From positions 24,262-88,261 of the forward strand of contig CAVVIB010000014.1 of NCBI GenBank assembly GCA_963748205.1: DNA of 64,000 nucleotides, written 5' to 3'. Below are positions 1 to 9,351 of the stretch, piece after piece. The stretch's first letter is position 1. Every line of letters starts with the position of its first letter. The notes beneath the pieces were generated by a model. That model was not told where the DNA came from, ran no database searches, and saw only the letters and a program-made list of their open reading frames with translations. The stretch comes from an uncultured Actinomycetes bacterium. GTDB lineage: Bacteria; Actinomycetota; Thermoleophilia; Gaiellales; Gaiellaceae. Position numbers and translations under genes: made by a program.

Positions 1-724
1 AGCATCCTGCGGATCCGGCGCCAGCCCGACCTGCTGGTCGGCTTCACGGTCCAGCCGGTCATGTTCGTGCTCCTGTTCGTCTACGTCTTCGGGGGCGCGA
101 TCGAGACCCCGGGGCTCGACTACGTCGACTTCCTGATCCCCGGGATCATGGTGCAGTCGATGGTCTTCGGCGGCTTCGTCACCGCTCTCGGCCTGGCGGA
201 GGACCTGAAGAAGGGGCTGATCGACCGCTTCCGCTCGCTCCCCATGTGGGGCCCGGCGGTGCTGGCGGGACGGATCCTCGCCGACGTCGGCACGAACATC
301 ATCCAGCTCGTCGTCATGTTCGCGGTCGGCATTCATCGTCGGCTTCCGCTTCGCCACGGACCTCCCCGAGATCGTCGCGGGCATCCTGCTCTTGCTCCTG
401 ATCGGCTACGCGTTCTCCTGGGTGTTCGCCTTCATCGGGCTGACCGCGTCGTCCCCGGAGGCCGCGAACGCGTTCGGCTTCACCATCCTCTTCCCGGTCA
501 CGTTCGTCTCGTCCGCGTTCGTCCCGGTGGACACGATGCCGGACTGGCTCCAGCCCGTCGCGGAAACAACCCGTTCACGACGATGGTCGACGCAACGCGC
601 GCACTCTTCATCGACACACCCGCGGGCACCGACGTCTGGGGCAGCGGTCCTCTGGTCCTTCGGGATCATCGCCGTCTTCGGCGTGCTCTCGGTCTCGCGC
701 TACCGCAAGGCCGTCACCCGCTGA
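1..724 (+). pseudogene. ABC-2 type (DrrB-like) transporter permease. The 5' end lies outside the window and the reading frame is broken at least three times.
   Basis: Frame 1 reads SILRIRRQPDLLVGFTVQPVMFVLLFVYVFGGAIETPG...VVMFAVGI. The protein continues in frame 2 (LLLIGYAFSWVFAFIGLTASSPEAANAFGFTILFPVTFVSSAFVPVDTMPDWLQPVAE), returns to frame 1 (NPFTTMVDATRALFIDTPAGTDVWG), then ends in frame 2 (AVLWSFGIIAVFGVLSVSRYRKAVTR*). The shifts lie near 334, 565 and 640. Confidence 0.75.
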
Positions 725-1463
725 CGAAGCTGACGAGCTCCTCGCGGCTCGAGCCGCCGGAGACGGTGAGGGCGAGCACCGGGCCGACGCCCTTGGCGTA
801 GAACTTGTGCTCGACCAGGTCGGGCTCGAGCGGGTTGAGATCCTTCGTCATGAGCACGTCCTCGTACGAGCCCTGGGGCGCCTCGGCCTTCTCGTCGACG
901 GCGAGGACGACTGCTTCGTCCTCCGCTTCGCCGTCGTAGTACTCCTGCCGGTAGGCCAGTCCCGGCTCGGGGTCCCCGGGCACGATGACGCCGGCGAGGG
1001 CACCGTCGACTCCGGCCTCCCAGGAGCCCTCGGTGCTGACCTTGGCGCCGTCGTACTCCTTCGTCGCCTCGCCGAGGTACCAGACGTTCCCCCACCTGTC
1101 CTGGGCGTACCAGTCGAAGGTGTCCTCGACGACCTCGCCGTCCTCGGTCACCGTGTCACGGACGACCGTGGCCTCGATGCCCTCGATCGTCTTCGTGCTG
1201 TCGGTGACCGTGACGACGACGCGCTGCACCGTCCCGTCGGCGTCGGTCTCGCGGTAGACCCACCGCGAACCGGGCGTCATCGGCCAGTAGGGGTTGTCGA
1301 TCGTGTCCACGAAGTTCGCCGGGTCGAGCTCGAACGGCTCGTCCTTCTGCGGAAGCTGCGGGGCGGACGAGGCGGCAGGCTCCGGCTCGGCCGGCTCCCC
1401 GCCGCCGCACGCGGCGAGGGCGAGGAGCGGGAGCGCGGCGAGGTACCGCAGCCGGGAGCGCAC
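714..1463 (-). CDS. secreted lipoprotein, function unknown
   Basis: ORF 714..1496(-). GTG at 1463 gives VRSRLRYLAALPLLALAAC with lipobox LAAC, and lies 1 nt after the stop of the upstream PepSY gene. ATG at 1496 is the alternative start. No family recognised. Confidence 0.6.
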   Translation of the reverse strand: MRSRLRYLAALPLLALAACGGGEPAEPEPAASSAPQLPQKDEPFELDPANFVDTIDNPYWPMTPGSRWVYRETDADGTVQRVVVTVTDSTKTIEGIEATVVRDTVTEDGEVVEDTFDWYAQDRWGNVWYLGEATKEYDGAKVSTEGSWEAGVDGALAGVIVPGDPEPGLAYRQEYYDGEAEDEAVVLAVDEKAEAPQGSYEDVLMTKDLNPLEPDLVEHKFYAKGVGPVLALTVSGGSSREELVSFVSG

Positions 1464-1464
1464 G

Positions 1465-1797
1465 TCAGTCGTCGTCCCCGGGGCCCTCGTCGTCACCGGG
1501 ACCGTCGTCGTCCGGCTCGTCGCCGATGACCTCGAAGTTCTCGTCCAGGTTCACCTCGACCTGGCTGCCGTCCGCGATGCGCACCTCGACGCTGTAGGCG
1601 GCTCCGTCGTCGCCGGCCTCGGTCTCGGTCACCGTGCCACCGCCGGTGTGGGCGAGGGCGGCCTGCGTTGCGCGTTGCAGGTCGGAGCCCTGGAGCGGGT
1701 CCTCCCCGCCGCCGGCGCCCGAGGCGATCGCGATCCCTGCCGAGACCGCGCCCAGGACGAGAACGACGGCTGCGATCAGAACGAGCTTGCGAGTCAT
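1465..1797 (-). CDS. PepSY-domain small secreted/membrane-anchored protein
   Basis: 110 aa with an N-terminal TM/signal (MTRKLVLIAAVVLVLGAVSAGIAIA), then a PepSY-like core (ATQAALAHTGGGTVTETEAGDDGAAYSVEVRIADGSQVEVNLDENFEV) and an acidic tail. Divergent from a two-component system, a common PepSY context. Confidence 0.7.
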   Translation of the reverse strand: MTRKLVLIAAVVLVLGAVSAGIAIASGAGGGEDPLQGSDLQRATQAALAHTGGGTVTETEAGDDGAAYSVEVRIADGSQVEVNLDENFEVIGDEPDDDGPGDDEGPGDDD

Positions 1798-1894
1798 TTC
1801 CAGCCTCCTTCTCGGTGTTCGAGGCCACCGTAGGAAGGCCGGATGAGACGGCCGTGAGACGGGCTCTCATCGCACTCTCATCTTCGGAGGGACA

Positions 1895-2581
1895 ATGAGA
1901 GCGGCGATGCGGATCCTGGTCGTCGAGGACGAGCTGAAGATGGCGGGCCTGCTCCGCCGCGGGCTGCAGGAAGAGGGGCACGCCGTCGACCTGGCCCGCA
2001 CCGGGGACGACGCGATCTGGATGGCGCGCGCGACCGAGTACGACGCCGTCGTGCTCGACCTCATGCTCCCCGGGATAGACGGCATCGAGGTCTGCCGGCG
2101 GCTCCGTGACGGAGGGGTCTGGTCGCCCGTGCTCATGCTCACCGCGCGCGACGGCGTCGAGGACCGGGTGGCGGGGCTCGACGCCGGCGCCGACGACTAC
2201 CTGCCGAAGCCGTTCTCCTTCGCGGAGCTGCTGGCGCGCCTGCGAGCGCTCGTGCGCCGCGGCGCCAACGAGCGACCCGCCGTGCTCGAGGTCGGCGACC
2301 TACGGCTCGACCCCGCGACCCGGCGGGCCTGGCGCGGCGACGCCGAGGTGAAGCTCTCCGCCAAGGAGTTCGCGCTCCTGGAGGCCTTCATGCGGCGCCC
2401 GGGCGACGTGCTCTCGCGCTACCAGCTGCTCGAGCACGCCTGGGACTACGGCTACGAGAACCGCTCGAACGTGATCGACGTCTACGTCCGCTACCTGCGC
2501 GACAAGGTGGACAGGCCGTTCGGGCGCGCGTCGATCGAGACGGTGCGCGGGGTCGGCTACCGGCTGCGGGACGACGCGTGA
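1895..2581 (+). CDS. OmpR-family response regulator (receiver plus winged helix)
   Basis: MRILVVEDE...VVLDLMLPGIDG...LMLTAR...GADDYLPKPFSFAELLARLRALVRR, then a trans_reg_C domain ending TVRGVGYRL. Confidence 0.9.
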   Translation: MRAAMRILVVEDELKMAGLLRRGLQEEGHAVDLARTGDDAIWMARATEYDAVVLDLMLPGIDGIEVCRRLRDGGVWSPVLMLTARDGVEDRVAGLDAGADDYLPKPFSFAELLARLRALVRRGANERPAVLEVGDLRLDPATRRAWRGDAEVKLSAKEFALLEAFMRRPGDVLSRYQLLEHAWDYGYENRSNVIDVYVRYLRDKVDRPFGRASIETVRGVGYRLRDDA

Positions 2582-3888
2582 GCCGCCTCCCCGTCCGGCT
2601 GCGCCTCACGCTCGCCTTCGCCCTGGCCATGGCGATCGTGCTGGCAGCGGTCGGCACCCTGCTCTACGTGCGCCTGGGCGACGCGCTCGCCGAGCAGCTG
2701 GACGAGAGCCTGGGGCTGCGCGCGCAGGCGCTCGCGAGCGGCGGCACGCTCGCCACCGGGGACGACGAGGCCGTCGCACAGAGGCTCGGGCCCGACGGAG
2801 CCCCCACGGAGTCGTCGCCCGGGCTCGACGAGCCGCTCGTCACTCCCGCCGAGGCGGCGCGGGCGCAGGACGAGGCCTTCTTCGTCACGCGCGAGGTGGG
2901 CGGCGAGCCGATGCGCCTGCTGGTGACGCCGACCGTGGTCGTCGGCGCGTCGCTCGAGGACCGCGAGGAAGCCCTCGACGAGCTGCTCGCACAGCTCCTC
3001 GTCGTCGGGCCGCTCGCGCTCCTGCTCGCCTCGGCCGCCGGCTACGCGCTCGCCACCGCGGCGCTGCGGCCGGTCGAGGCCATGCGCCGCGAGGCGGCCG
3101 AGATCTCGGGCGACGCCGCCGGCCGGCGCCTCCCGCTCCCGCGCGCGCGGGATGAAATCCGCCGACTCGGGGAGACGCTGAACGCGATGCTCGGGCGGCT
3201 CCAGGAGAGCCTCGCGCGCGAGCGGCGCTTCGTCGCCGACGCGAGCCACGAGCTCCGGACGCCGCTCGCGCTGCTCCAGACCGAGCTCGAGCTGGCCCTC
3301 CGGCACAAGCGCACGCCCGGCGAGCTCGAGGAAGCGCTCCGCTCGGCCAGGGACGAGGTCGACCGGCTCGCACGGCTCGCCGAGGACCTGCTCGTCCTCG
3401 CCCGCCTCGACGAGGGACAGCTGCCCCTCCGCACCGATGAGCTTTCCGCGAAGGACCTCCTGGACTCCGTGGCGCGTCGCTTCGACACCAGAGCAACCGG
3501 TGAGGGGCGGACGCTCGAGGTCGACGCAGAAGCGTTCTCGCTCGAGGGCGACCGCCTGCGGCTCGAGCAGGCGCTCGGCAACCTCGTCGACAACGCGCTC
3601 CGCTACGGCGCCGGGACGGTTCACCTCGAAGCTGCACGCCGGAACGGCGAGGTCGAGCTCCGCGTGGCGGACGAGGGCCTGGGTTTCGCACCGGAGCTCA
3701 TGCCGGTGGCGTTCGACCGCTTCACGCGCCGCGATGAGGCGCGCGGCGACGGAGCCGCCGGGCTCGGGCTCGCCATCGTGGCCGCGATCGCGCGGGCGCA
3801 CGGCGGGAGCGCGCGCGCCGCCAACGTCCCGGACGGCGGCGCGGTGGTCACGCTCGCGCTTCCTGGCGGCCGGAGCCGTACGGTATGA
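2578..3888 (+). CDS. sensor histidine kinase (TM-sensor-HAMP-HisKA-HATPase)
   Basis: GTGA start/stop overlap with the regulator. H-box ADASHELRTPLA, N-box LGNLVDNALRYG, G-boxes ADEGLGF and GLGLAIV. Confidence 0.9.
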   Translation: MSRLPVRLRLTLAFALAMAIVLAAVGTLLYVRLGDALAEQLDESLGLRAQALASGGTLATGDDEAVAQRLGPDGAPTESSPGLDEPLVTPAEAARAQDEAFFVTREVGGEPMRLLVTPTVVVGASLEDREEALDELLAQLLVVGPLALLLASAAGYALATAALRPVEAMRREAAEISGDAAGRRLPLPRARDEIRRLGETLNAMLGRLQESLARERRFVADASHELRTPLALLQTELELALRHKRTPGELEEALRSARDEVDRLARLAEDLLVLARLDEGQLPLRTDELSAKDLLDSVARRFDTRATGEGRTLEVDAEAFSLEGDRLRLEQALGNLVDNALRYGAGTVHLEAARRNGEVELRVADEGLGFAPELMPVAFDRFTRRDEARGDGAAGLGLAIVAAIARAHGGSARAANVPDGGAVVTLALPGGRSRTV

Positions 3889-3895
3889 CTCGCGC

Positions 3896-4228
3896 ATGGC
3901 CTACGACGAACAGCTGGCCGACCGAGTTCGAACCGTGCTCGCCGAGGAGGACGGGCTCACCGAGCGCAAGATGTTCGGCGGCCTCGCGTTCATGCTTCAC
4001 GGCAACATGGCCTGCGGGATCGTGAAGGACGATCTGATGCTGCGACTGGGGCCCGAGGGGGCTGACGCGGCTCTCGACCGGCCGCACGTCCGGCAGATGG
4101 ACTTCACCGGCAGGCCGATGACCGGCATGGTGTTCGTCGAGCCGGCCGGGCTCGAAGGCGAGTCGCTGGCCGGGCTGGTAGGTCAGGCGGTCGCCTACGC
4201 CCGCACCTTCCCGCCCAAAGCGAAGTAG
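3896..4228 (+). CDS. TfoX/Sxy N-terminal-domain family protein
   Basis: 110 aa starting at ATG 3896. MAYDEQLADRVRTVLAEEDGLTERKMFGGLAFMLHGNMACGIV... is typical of the TfoX_N family. Confidence 0.7.
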   Translation: MAYDEQLADRVRTVLAEEDGLTERKMFGGLAFMLHGNMACGIVKDDLMLRLGPEGADAALDRPHVRQMDFTGRPMTGMVFVEPAGLEGESLAGLVGQAVAYARTFPPKAK

Positions 4229-4229
4229 C

Positions 4230-6068
4230 TCAGGCCACCGTCAGCCCGCGAGCCTTCCGCGAGGCGGCGGTCTGGCGCTTCTGCCCCGAGAGCTCGACCT
4301 TGCGAAGCCGCACGTGGTTCGGCGTCGCCTCGACGCACTCGTCGTCGCGGATCAGCTCCAGCGCCTGCTCGAGCGAGAGCGGCCGAGGTGGGATGAGCCG
4401 CACGAGCTCCTCGGCGGTCGACGAGCGGATGTTCGTCAGCTTCTTCTCTTTCGTCGGGTTGACGTCGAGATCCTCGGCGCGCGCGTTCTCGCCGACGATC
4501 ATCCCCTCGTAGACCTCGACGCCCGGGGCGACGAAGAGCTGTCCGCGCTCCTGGAGGTTGAGGAGCGCGAAGCCGGTCACCGCGCCGCGGCGATCGGCCA
4601 CCAGGCTGCCCGTGGGCCGCATGCGAAGCTCCCCGTGCCAGGGCTCGTAGCCGTCGAAGACATGGTGGAGGATGCCCGTGCCGCGCGTCTCGGTGAGGAA
4701 CTCCGTGCGGAACCCGATCAGGCCGCGCGCGGGCACGAGGTACTCCATCCGCACCCAACCGGTGCCGTGATTGACCATGTGCTCGAGCCGTCCCTTGCGG
4801 AGGGCGAGGAGCTGGGTGATGACACCGATGTAGTCCTCGGGCGCGTCGATGGCCAGGCGCTCGACGGGCTCGTGGAGCTTGCCGTCCACGTCCCGGGTGA
4901 CGACCTGGGGCTTGCCGACCGTGAGCTCGAAGCCCTCGCGGCGCATCAGCTCGACGAGGACGGCGAGCTGGAGCTCGCCGCGGCCCTGCACCTCCCAGGC
5001 GTCGGGCCGCTCGGTGGGCAGCACGCGCAGGGACACGTTGCCGACCAGCTCCTGGTCGAGCCGCGCCTTGACCATGCTCGCCGTCAGACGGTCTCCGTCC
5101 TGGCCCGAGAGCGGCGACGTGTTGATCCCGATCGTCATCGCCAGGCTCGGTTCGTCGACTCCGATGACCGGAAGGGGCCGCGGGTCGTCCGGGTCGGCGA
5201 GCGTCTCGCCGATCGTCACCTCCGCGATCCCGGCTACCGCGATCAGCTCGCCGGCGCCTGCCTCCGCGGCCTCGACGCGGTCGAGTGCCTCCGTGACGTA
5301 GAGCTCGGTGACCTTCACGCGCTCGACGCTGCCGTCGGCGCGGCACCAGGCGACCTGCTGTCCCTGCCGGATCGTCCCCTCGCGGACGCGGCAGAGCGCG
5401 AGCCGGCCGACGTACGGGGAGGCGTCGAGGTTGGTCACGTGCGCCTGCAGCGGGTGGCCCTCGGAGTACGAGGGGGCGGGGATGCTCTCGAGGAGGGCGC
5501 CGAAGAGCGGTTCGAGATCGGGCGCGAGCGAATCCGCCTCGAGCCCGGCGTGCCCGGCTCTCGCGTTCGCGTACACGATCGGGAACTCGATCTGGCTCTC
5601 GTCCGCGTCCAGGTCGAGGAAGAGCGCGTAGACCTCGTCGACGACCTCGGCGACGCGCGCGTCCGGCCGGTCGACCTTGTTCACGACGAGGATCGCCGGG
5701 AGCCGTGCCTCGAGCGCCTTGCGCAACACGAAGCGCGTCTGCGGCAGCGGCCCCTCGCTCGCATCGACCAGGAGCAGCACGCCGTCCACCATGGTCAGCG
5801 CGCGCTCGACCTCACCGCCGAAGTCCGCGTGGCCCGGCGTGTCGACGATGTTGATCTTCACGCCGCCGTGGCGCACGGCGGTGTTCTTGGCCAGGATCGT
5901 GATGCCCTTCTCGCGCTCGAGGTCCATGGAGTCGAGCACGCGCTCGGCAACGTCCTGGTTCTCACGGAAGGAACCGGACTGCCAGAGCATCGCGTCGACG
6001 AGCGTCGTCTTCCCGTGGTCGACATGGGCGACGATGGCGACGTTGCGGATGTCCTCGCGCGTGGGCAC
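4230..6068 (-). CDS. typA: translational GTPase TypA/BipA
   Basis: 612 aa. [54 protein letters not shown], and a BipA-type C-terminal domain. Confidence 0.95.
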   Translation of the reverse strand: MPTREDIRNVAIVAHVDHGKTTLVDAMLWQSGSFRENQDVAERVLDSMDLEREKGITILAKNTAVRHGGVKINIVDTPGHADFGGEVERALTMVDGVLLLVDASEGPLPQTRFVLRKALEARLPAILVVNKVDRPDARVAEVVDEVYALFLDLDADESQIEFPIVYANARAGHAGLEADSLAPDLEPLFGALLESIPAPSYSEGHPLQAHVTNLDASPYVGRLALCRVREGTIRQGQQVAWCRADGSVERVKVTELYVTEALDRVEAAEAGAGELIAVAGIAEVTIGETLADPDDPRPLPVIGVDEPSLAMTIGINTSPLSGQDGDRLTASMVKARLDQELVGNVSLRVLPTERPDAWEVQGRGELQLAVLVELMRREGFELTVGKPQVVTRDVDGKLHEPVERLAIDAPEDYIGVITQLLALRKGRLEHMVNHGTGWVRMEYLVPARGLIGFRTEFLTETRGTGILHHVFDGYEPWHGELRMRPTGSLVADRRGAVTGFALLNLQERGQLFVAPGVEVYEGMIVGENARAEDLDVNPTKEKKLTNIRSSTAEELVRLIPPRPLSLEQALELIRDDECVEATPNHVRLRKVELSGQKRQTAASRKARGLTVA

Positions 6069-6159
6069 CCGCCGAGAGTAGCCGCGCCGACAGGCTCCTC
6101 CGCGTGCCCCGGCCGCCCGCTCCTGCTACTTAAACCCGCGTGAAGGGAAGATCTCCCGC

Positions 6160-6864
6160 ATGACCAAGCGGACGATCCTGGTCATCGAGGACGAGACCGC
6201 CATCTCGGAGCCGCTCGCGGCGGCGCTCTCGCGCGAGGGCTTCGACCCCGTCGTGGCCGGCTCGGTCGCGGAGGGCCTCGAGCTCTTCGAGAAGCGCTCG
6301 CCCGACCTCGTCCTTCTCGACGTCATGCTCCCGGACGGGGACGGGCGCGACGTGCTCCGCACGATCCGGGAGACCTCCCGCACCCCGGTCGTGATGCTCA
6401 CGGCCCGCGGGGAGGAGATGGACCGCGTGCTGGGCCTCGAGCTCGGCGCGGACGACTACGTGACGAAGCCGTTCAGCGCCGCCGAGCTGGCGGCCCGCAT
6501 ACGCGCCGTCCTCCGCCGGGCCGGAGACGAGCCGGCGGCCGAGCCCGGCTCGGTGCTCCAGGGCGGCGACGTGCGCATGGACCTCGGCACGCACGAGGCG
6601 ACCAAGGACGGCGAGCCGCTGGAGCTGACGGTCAAGGAGTTCGAGCTCCTCCGTGTGCTCCTCGAGCGCTCCGGCAAGCTCGTCAGGCGCGAGGAGCTCG
6701 TGCACGAGGTCTGGGACCCGGCCTGGTTCGGGTCGACGAAGACGCTCGACGTGCACGTCAGCGCCCTGCGCAAGAAGCTCGGGGACGACCCCGCCGACCC
6801 GCGCTACATCCACACCGTGCGGGGCGTCGGCTTCCGGTTCGACCCGGCCGACGAGCAGCCGTGA
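6160..6864 (+). CDS. OmpR-family response regulator (RegX3-like sequence)
   Basis: TILVIEDE...LVLLDVMLPDGDG...VVMLTARGEEMDRVLGLELGADDYVTKPFSAAELAARIRAVLRR, then a winged helix ending TVRGVGFRF. Confidence 0.9.
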   Translation: MTKRTILVIEDETAISEPLAAALSREGFDPVVAGSVAEGLELFEKRSPDLVLLDVMLPDGDGRDVLRTIRETSRTPVVMLTARGEEMDRVLGLELGADDYVTKPFSAAELAARIRAVLRRAGDEPAAEPGSVLQGGDVRMDLGTHEATKDGEPLELTVKEFELLRVLLERSGKLVRREELVHEVWDPAWFGSTKTLDVHVSALRKKLGDDPADPRYIHTVRGVGFRFDPADEQP

Positions 6865-8246
6865 GCTTCCGGGCACGGCTCGTCCTCGCCGCCGCGTACC
6901 TGCTCGCGACGGTGGTGATCGCGCTCACGGTTCCGCTGGCGCTGAACATCGACCGGCGCGCGACGTCGGAGCTCGAGTCCGACGTGGTCGCGAACGCCAC
7001 CATGCTCTCGGGCCGTGTGGCCAACCTCGTGCGCCTCGGGCAGACCGACCGCCTCGCGTTGGTCGTGGAGGATGCAACGGTCGGGGACGGCGCCCGCACG
7101 GTGGTCGTGAACGACGCGGGCGCCCTGCTCGCGGACACCGACGGGACCGCCCCCGTCGGCGAGCAGTTCGCCACGGAGGAGCGGCCCGAGTTCGCGGCGG
7201 CGAACGCGGGCCAGATCGACGTCCGCCAGAGGCACAGCGACACGCTCGACGAGGACCTGCTGCTCGTCACCGTTCCCGTCACCGACAACGGGGGCGTGAT
7301 CGGTGCTCTCCGCGTCTCCACTCCGATGGAGGCGGTGGACTCGAGCGTCCGCTCCAGCTGGCTCGCGCTGCTCCTCATCGGCATCGCCGTCGTGGGCGCC
7401 GGGCTCGTCCTCGCGTGGGTTCTCGCAGGGTCCATCGCCGGCCCGGTCGAGAAGCTGCGGACGGCGGCGGGCCGCCTGGGCCGGGGCGACCTGGACACCC
7501 GGGTACAGCCTGAGGGGCCGCAGGAGCTCGAAGAGCTCGGGCAGTCGTTCAACCGCATGGCCGGCGCGCTCTCCTCGAACGTCAACGCGCAGCGGGACTT
7601 CGTCGCCAACGCCTCCCACCAGCTCCGCACGCCGCTCACGGGGATCAAGCTCCGCCTCGAGGCGATTCGCAGCGAGGGCGGCCCGGCCGCGGAGGAGGCG
7701 GCCAAGGCGGAGGCCGAGCTGGACCGGCTGAGCGCGCTCGTCGACGACCTGCTCGCACTCGCCCGGGCCTCCTCGGAGGAGGCCGTCGCCGAGCCGATCG
7801 ACCTCGGTGAGGCGATCCGGGCCGCCGAGCGGCGCTGGGCCGAGCCGGCGGCCACCGCGGGCCACGACCTGGCGCTCGCCGACGGCCAGGGCGGGAGGAT
7901 CCTCGCCGCCCCCGCCGACATCGCCCACATCCTCGACAACCTGATCGAGAACGCGATCCGCTACTCGCCGGCGGGAGCGCAGATCACGGTCGCCACCGAG
8001 CCGGGCGCGTTCCTGGTCTCCGACACCGGACCGGGCATCCCGCCCGAGGAGCGCGAGCGCGTCTTCGAGCGCTTCTACCGCGGCGCCGGCGGGCGCAGCA
8101 CGGGCCCCGGAACGGGCCTCGGCCTGGCCATCGTGGCCGAGCTGGCGGAGCGCTGGGGCGGCCGCGTCGAGCTCCTCGACGGCCCGGGGACGCGCGTGCG
8201 CGCGAGCTTCCCTGCCGACTCCTCACCCCGTCCTAACCATTCCTGA
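6861..8246 (+). CDS. sensor histidine kinase with extracytoplasmic domain and HAMP
   Basis: GTGA overlap with the regulator. Two TM segments flank a roughly 150 aa sensor domain. H-box NASHQLRTPLT, N-box LDNLIENAIRYS, DTGPGI, GTGLGLAIV. Confidence 0.9.
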   Translation: MSFRARLVLAAAYLLATVVIALTVPLALNIDRRATSELESDVVANATMLSGRVANLVRLGQTDRLALVVEDATVGDGARTVVVNDAGALLADTDGTAPVGEQFATEERPEFAAANAGQIDVRQRHSDTLDEDLLLVTVPVTDNGGVIGALRVSTPMEAVDSSVRSSWLALLLIGIAVVGAGLVLAWVLAGSIAGPVEKLRTAAGRLGRGDLDTRVQPEGPQELEELGQSFNRMAGALSSNVNAQRDFVANASHQLRTPLTGIKLRLEAIRSEGGPAAEEAAKAEAELDRLSALVDDLLALARASSEEAVAEPIDLGEAIRAAERRWAEPAATAGHDLALADGQGGRILAAPADIAHILDNLIENAIRYSPAGAQITVATEPGAFLVSDTGPGIPPEERERVFERFYRGAGGRSTGPGTGLGLAIVAELAERWGGRVELLDGPGTRVRASFPADSSPRPNHS

Positions 8247-8272
8247 AGAGTCGCCTTGCTAGCGTCGAAGCC

Positions 8273-8687
8273 ATGAGCAGAGCACGCGTCCTTCTCCTCG
8301 CCGTCGCCGGCCTCGCCTTCCCGGTGGGCCTGGCGCTGGCCGTCTACGTCGCCTCCGCATCGTCGCTGGCGGCCGTGCCGACGGTCGTCTCGGTGTCGGA
8401 GAACCAGATCGCGCGCTCCGAGACCGTCACGGTCCCGGCCACGACCGAGACCGGGACGACGACGCAGCCGCAGACGACGACGGGCGACGACCGCGACGAC
8501 GACCTCCCGGGCAAGTGCGACGACCCGGATCACGCGGCCGACCCGGACTGCGACCCGCAGAACGGCGGACGAAGACTCCAGCGGCCCGGGCTCGGGCGGC
8601 GACGACGACTCGAGCGGAAGCGGCTCGTCGGGCTCAGGCTCGGGCTCGGACGACTCGAGCGGCAAGGGCTCCGGGGACGACGACTAG
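8273..8687 (+). pseudogene. small secreted protein with a CDDPDHAADPDC motif and an Asp/Ser/Gly-rich tail; one apparent frame break
   Basis: Signal/TM MSRARVLLLAVAGLAFPVGLALAVYVASA, Thr-rich linker, then LPGKCDDPDHAADPDCDPQNGG. The annotated frame then turns Arg-rich nonsense. The adjacent frame reads DEDSSGPGSGGDDDSSGSGSSGSGSGSDDSSGKGSGDDD* (stop 8685..8687), matching the tail of the downstream paralogue. Confidence 0.5.
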
Positions 8688-8826
8688 CGTCGTTTTCGCC
8701 GCGTTCCGCCCGACCTACCGTTCCTTTACTTACGCGCGACGAAGTCTTGAACCCGCCTGGGGGCGCGCTTTTCCCGGCTCTTCCTAGCCTCGGTGGTGCA
8801 TGACCGAGAGCAACAAGGAGGGTCAC

Positions 8827-9351
8827 ATGAACACCATCACGAAGCTCTTGCTCGTCCCCGCGCTCGTCGTCGCCTTCAGCGTCGGCGTCGCACTCGCGGC
8901 GAGCGGCAGCGACGGCGGCAGCGGCGGCTCGGCCGCCCAGGCGCCGTCCACGACCGACGGCACGACCACGCTCGACACGACGACCTCCGGCACGACCACG
9001 ACCGGCGGCGTCGACATCAGCGGCCCGTGCGACGAGGCCGAGCACGCCAACGACCCGCGCTGCACCGGGGTCGCCCCGGCAGCCGGCGGCGTCACCACGA
9101 CCGGCGGCGTCGACATCAGCGGACCGTGCGACGAGGCGGAGAACCGCAACGACGCCCGCTGCACGGGTGCGGCCCGCGACCGCGACGACAACTCCGGCCC
9201 GGGCAACGGCGACGACGACCGCGGCGGCCGCGAGGACAACTCCGGCCCCGGCAACTCCCACGACGACGACGGGGACGACGACGACAACTCGGGCTCCGGC
9301 TCGGGTGGCGACGACGACTCCAGCGGTCACGGTGGCGGTGACGACGACTGA
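8827..9351 (+). CDS. small secreted protein with a duplicated GVDISGPCDEAExxNDxRCTG motif and an Asp/Ser/Gly-rich tail
   Basis: SD AAGGAGG lies 5 nt before ATG 8827. Signal MNTITKLLLVPALVVAFSVGVALAASG. Two tandem roughly 25 aa Cys-bracketed repeats, then DNSGPG/DDD repeats ending GHGGGDDD*. Confidence 0.6.
   Translation: MNTITKLLLVPALVVAFSVGVALAASGSDGGSGGSAAQAPSTTDGTTTLDTTTSGTTTTGGVDISGPCDEAEHANDPRCTGVAPAAGGVTTTGGVDISGPCDEAENRNDARCTGAARDRDDNSGPGNGDDDRGGREDNSGPGNSHDDDGDDDDNSGSGSGGDDDSSGHGGGDDD

Noticed and set aside
6160-8246. Assigning the second two-component system as a copper sensor (CopRS/CusRS-like) because of the downstream cupredoxin operon.
   Set aside because: The regulator sequence is closest in my recollection to RegX3/OmpR-type proteins in general. 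The kinase sensor domain has no recognisable metal motif. Only adjacency supports the idea.
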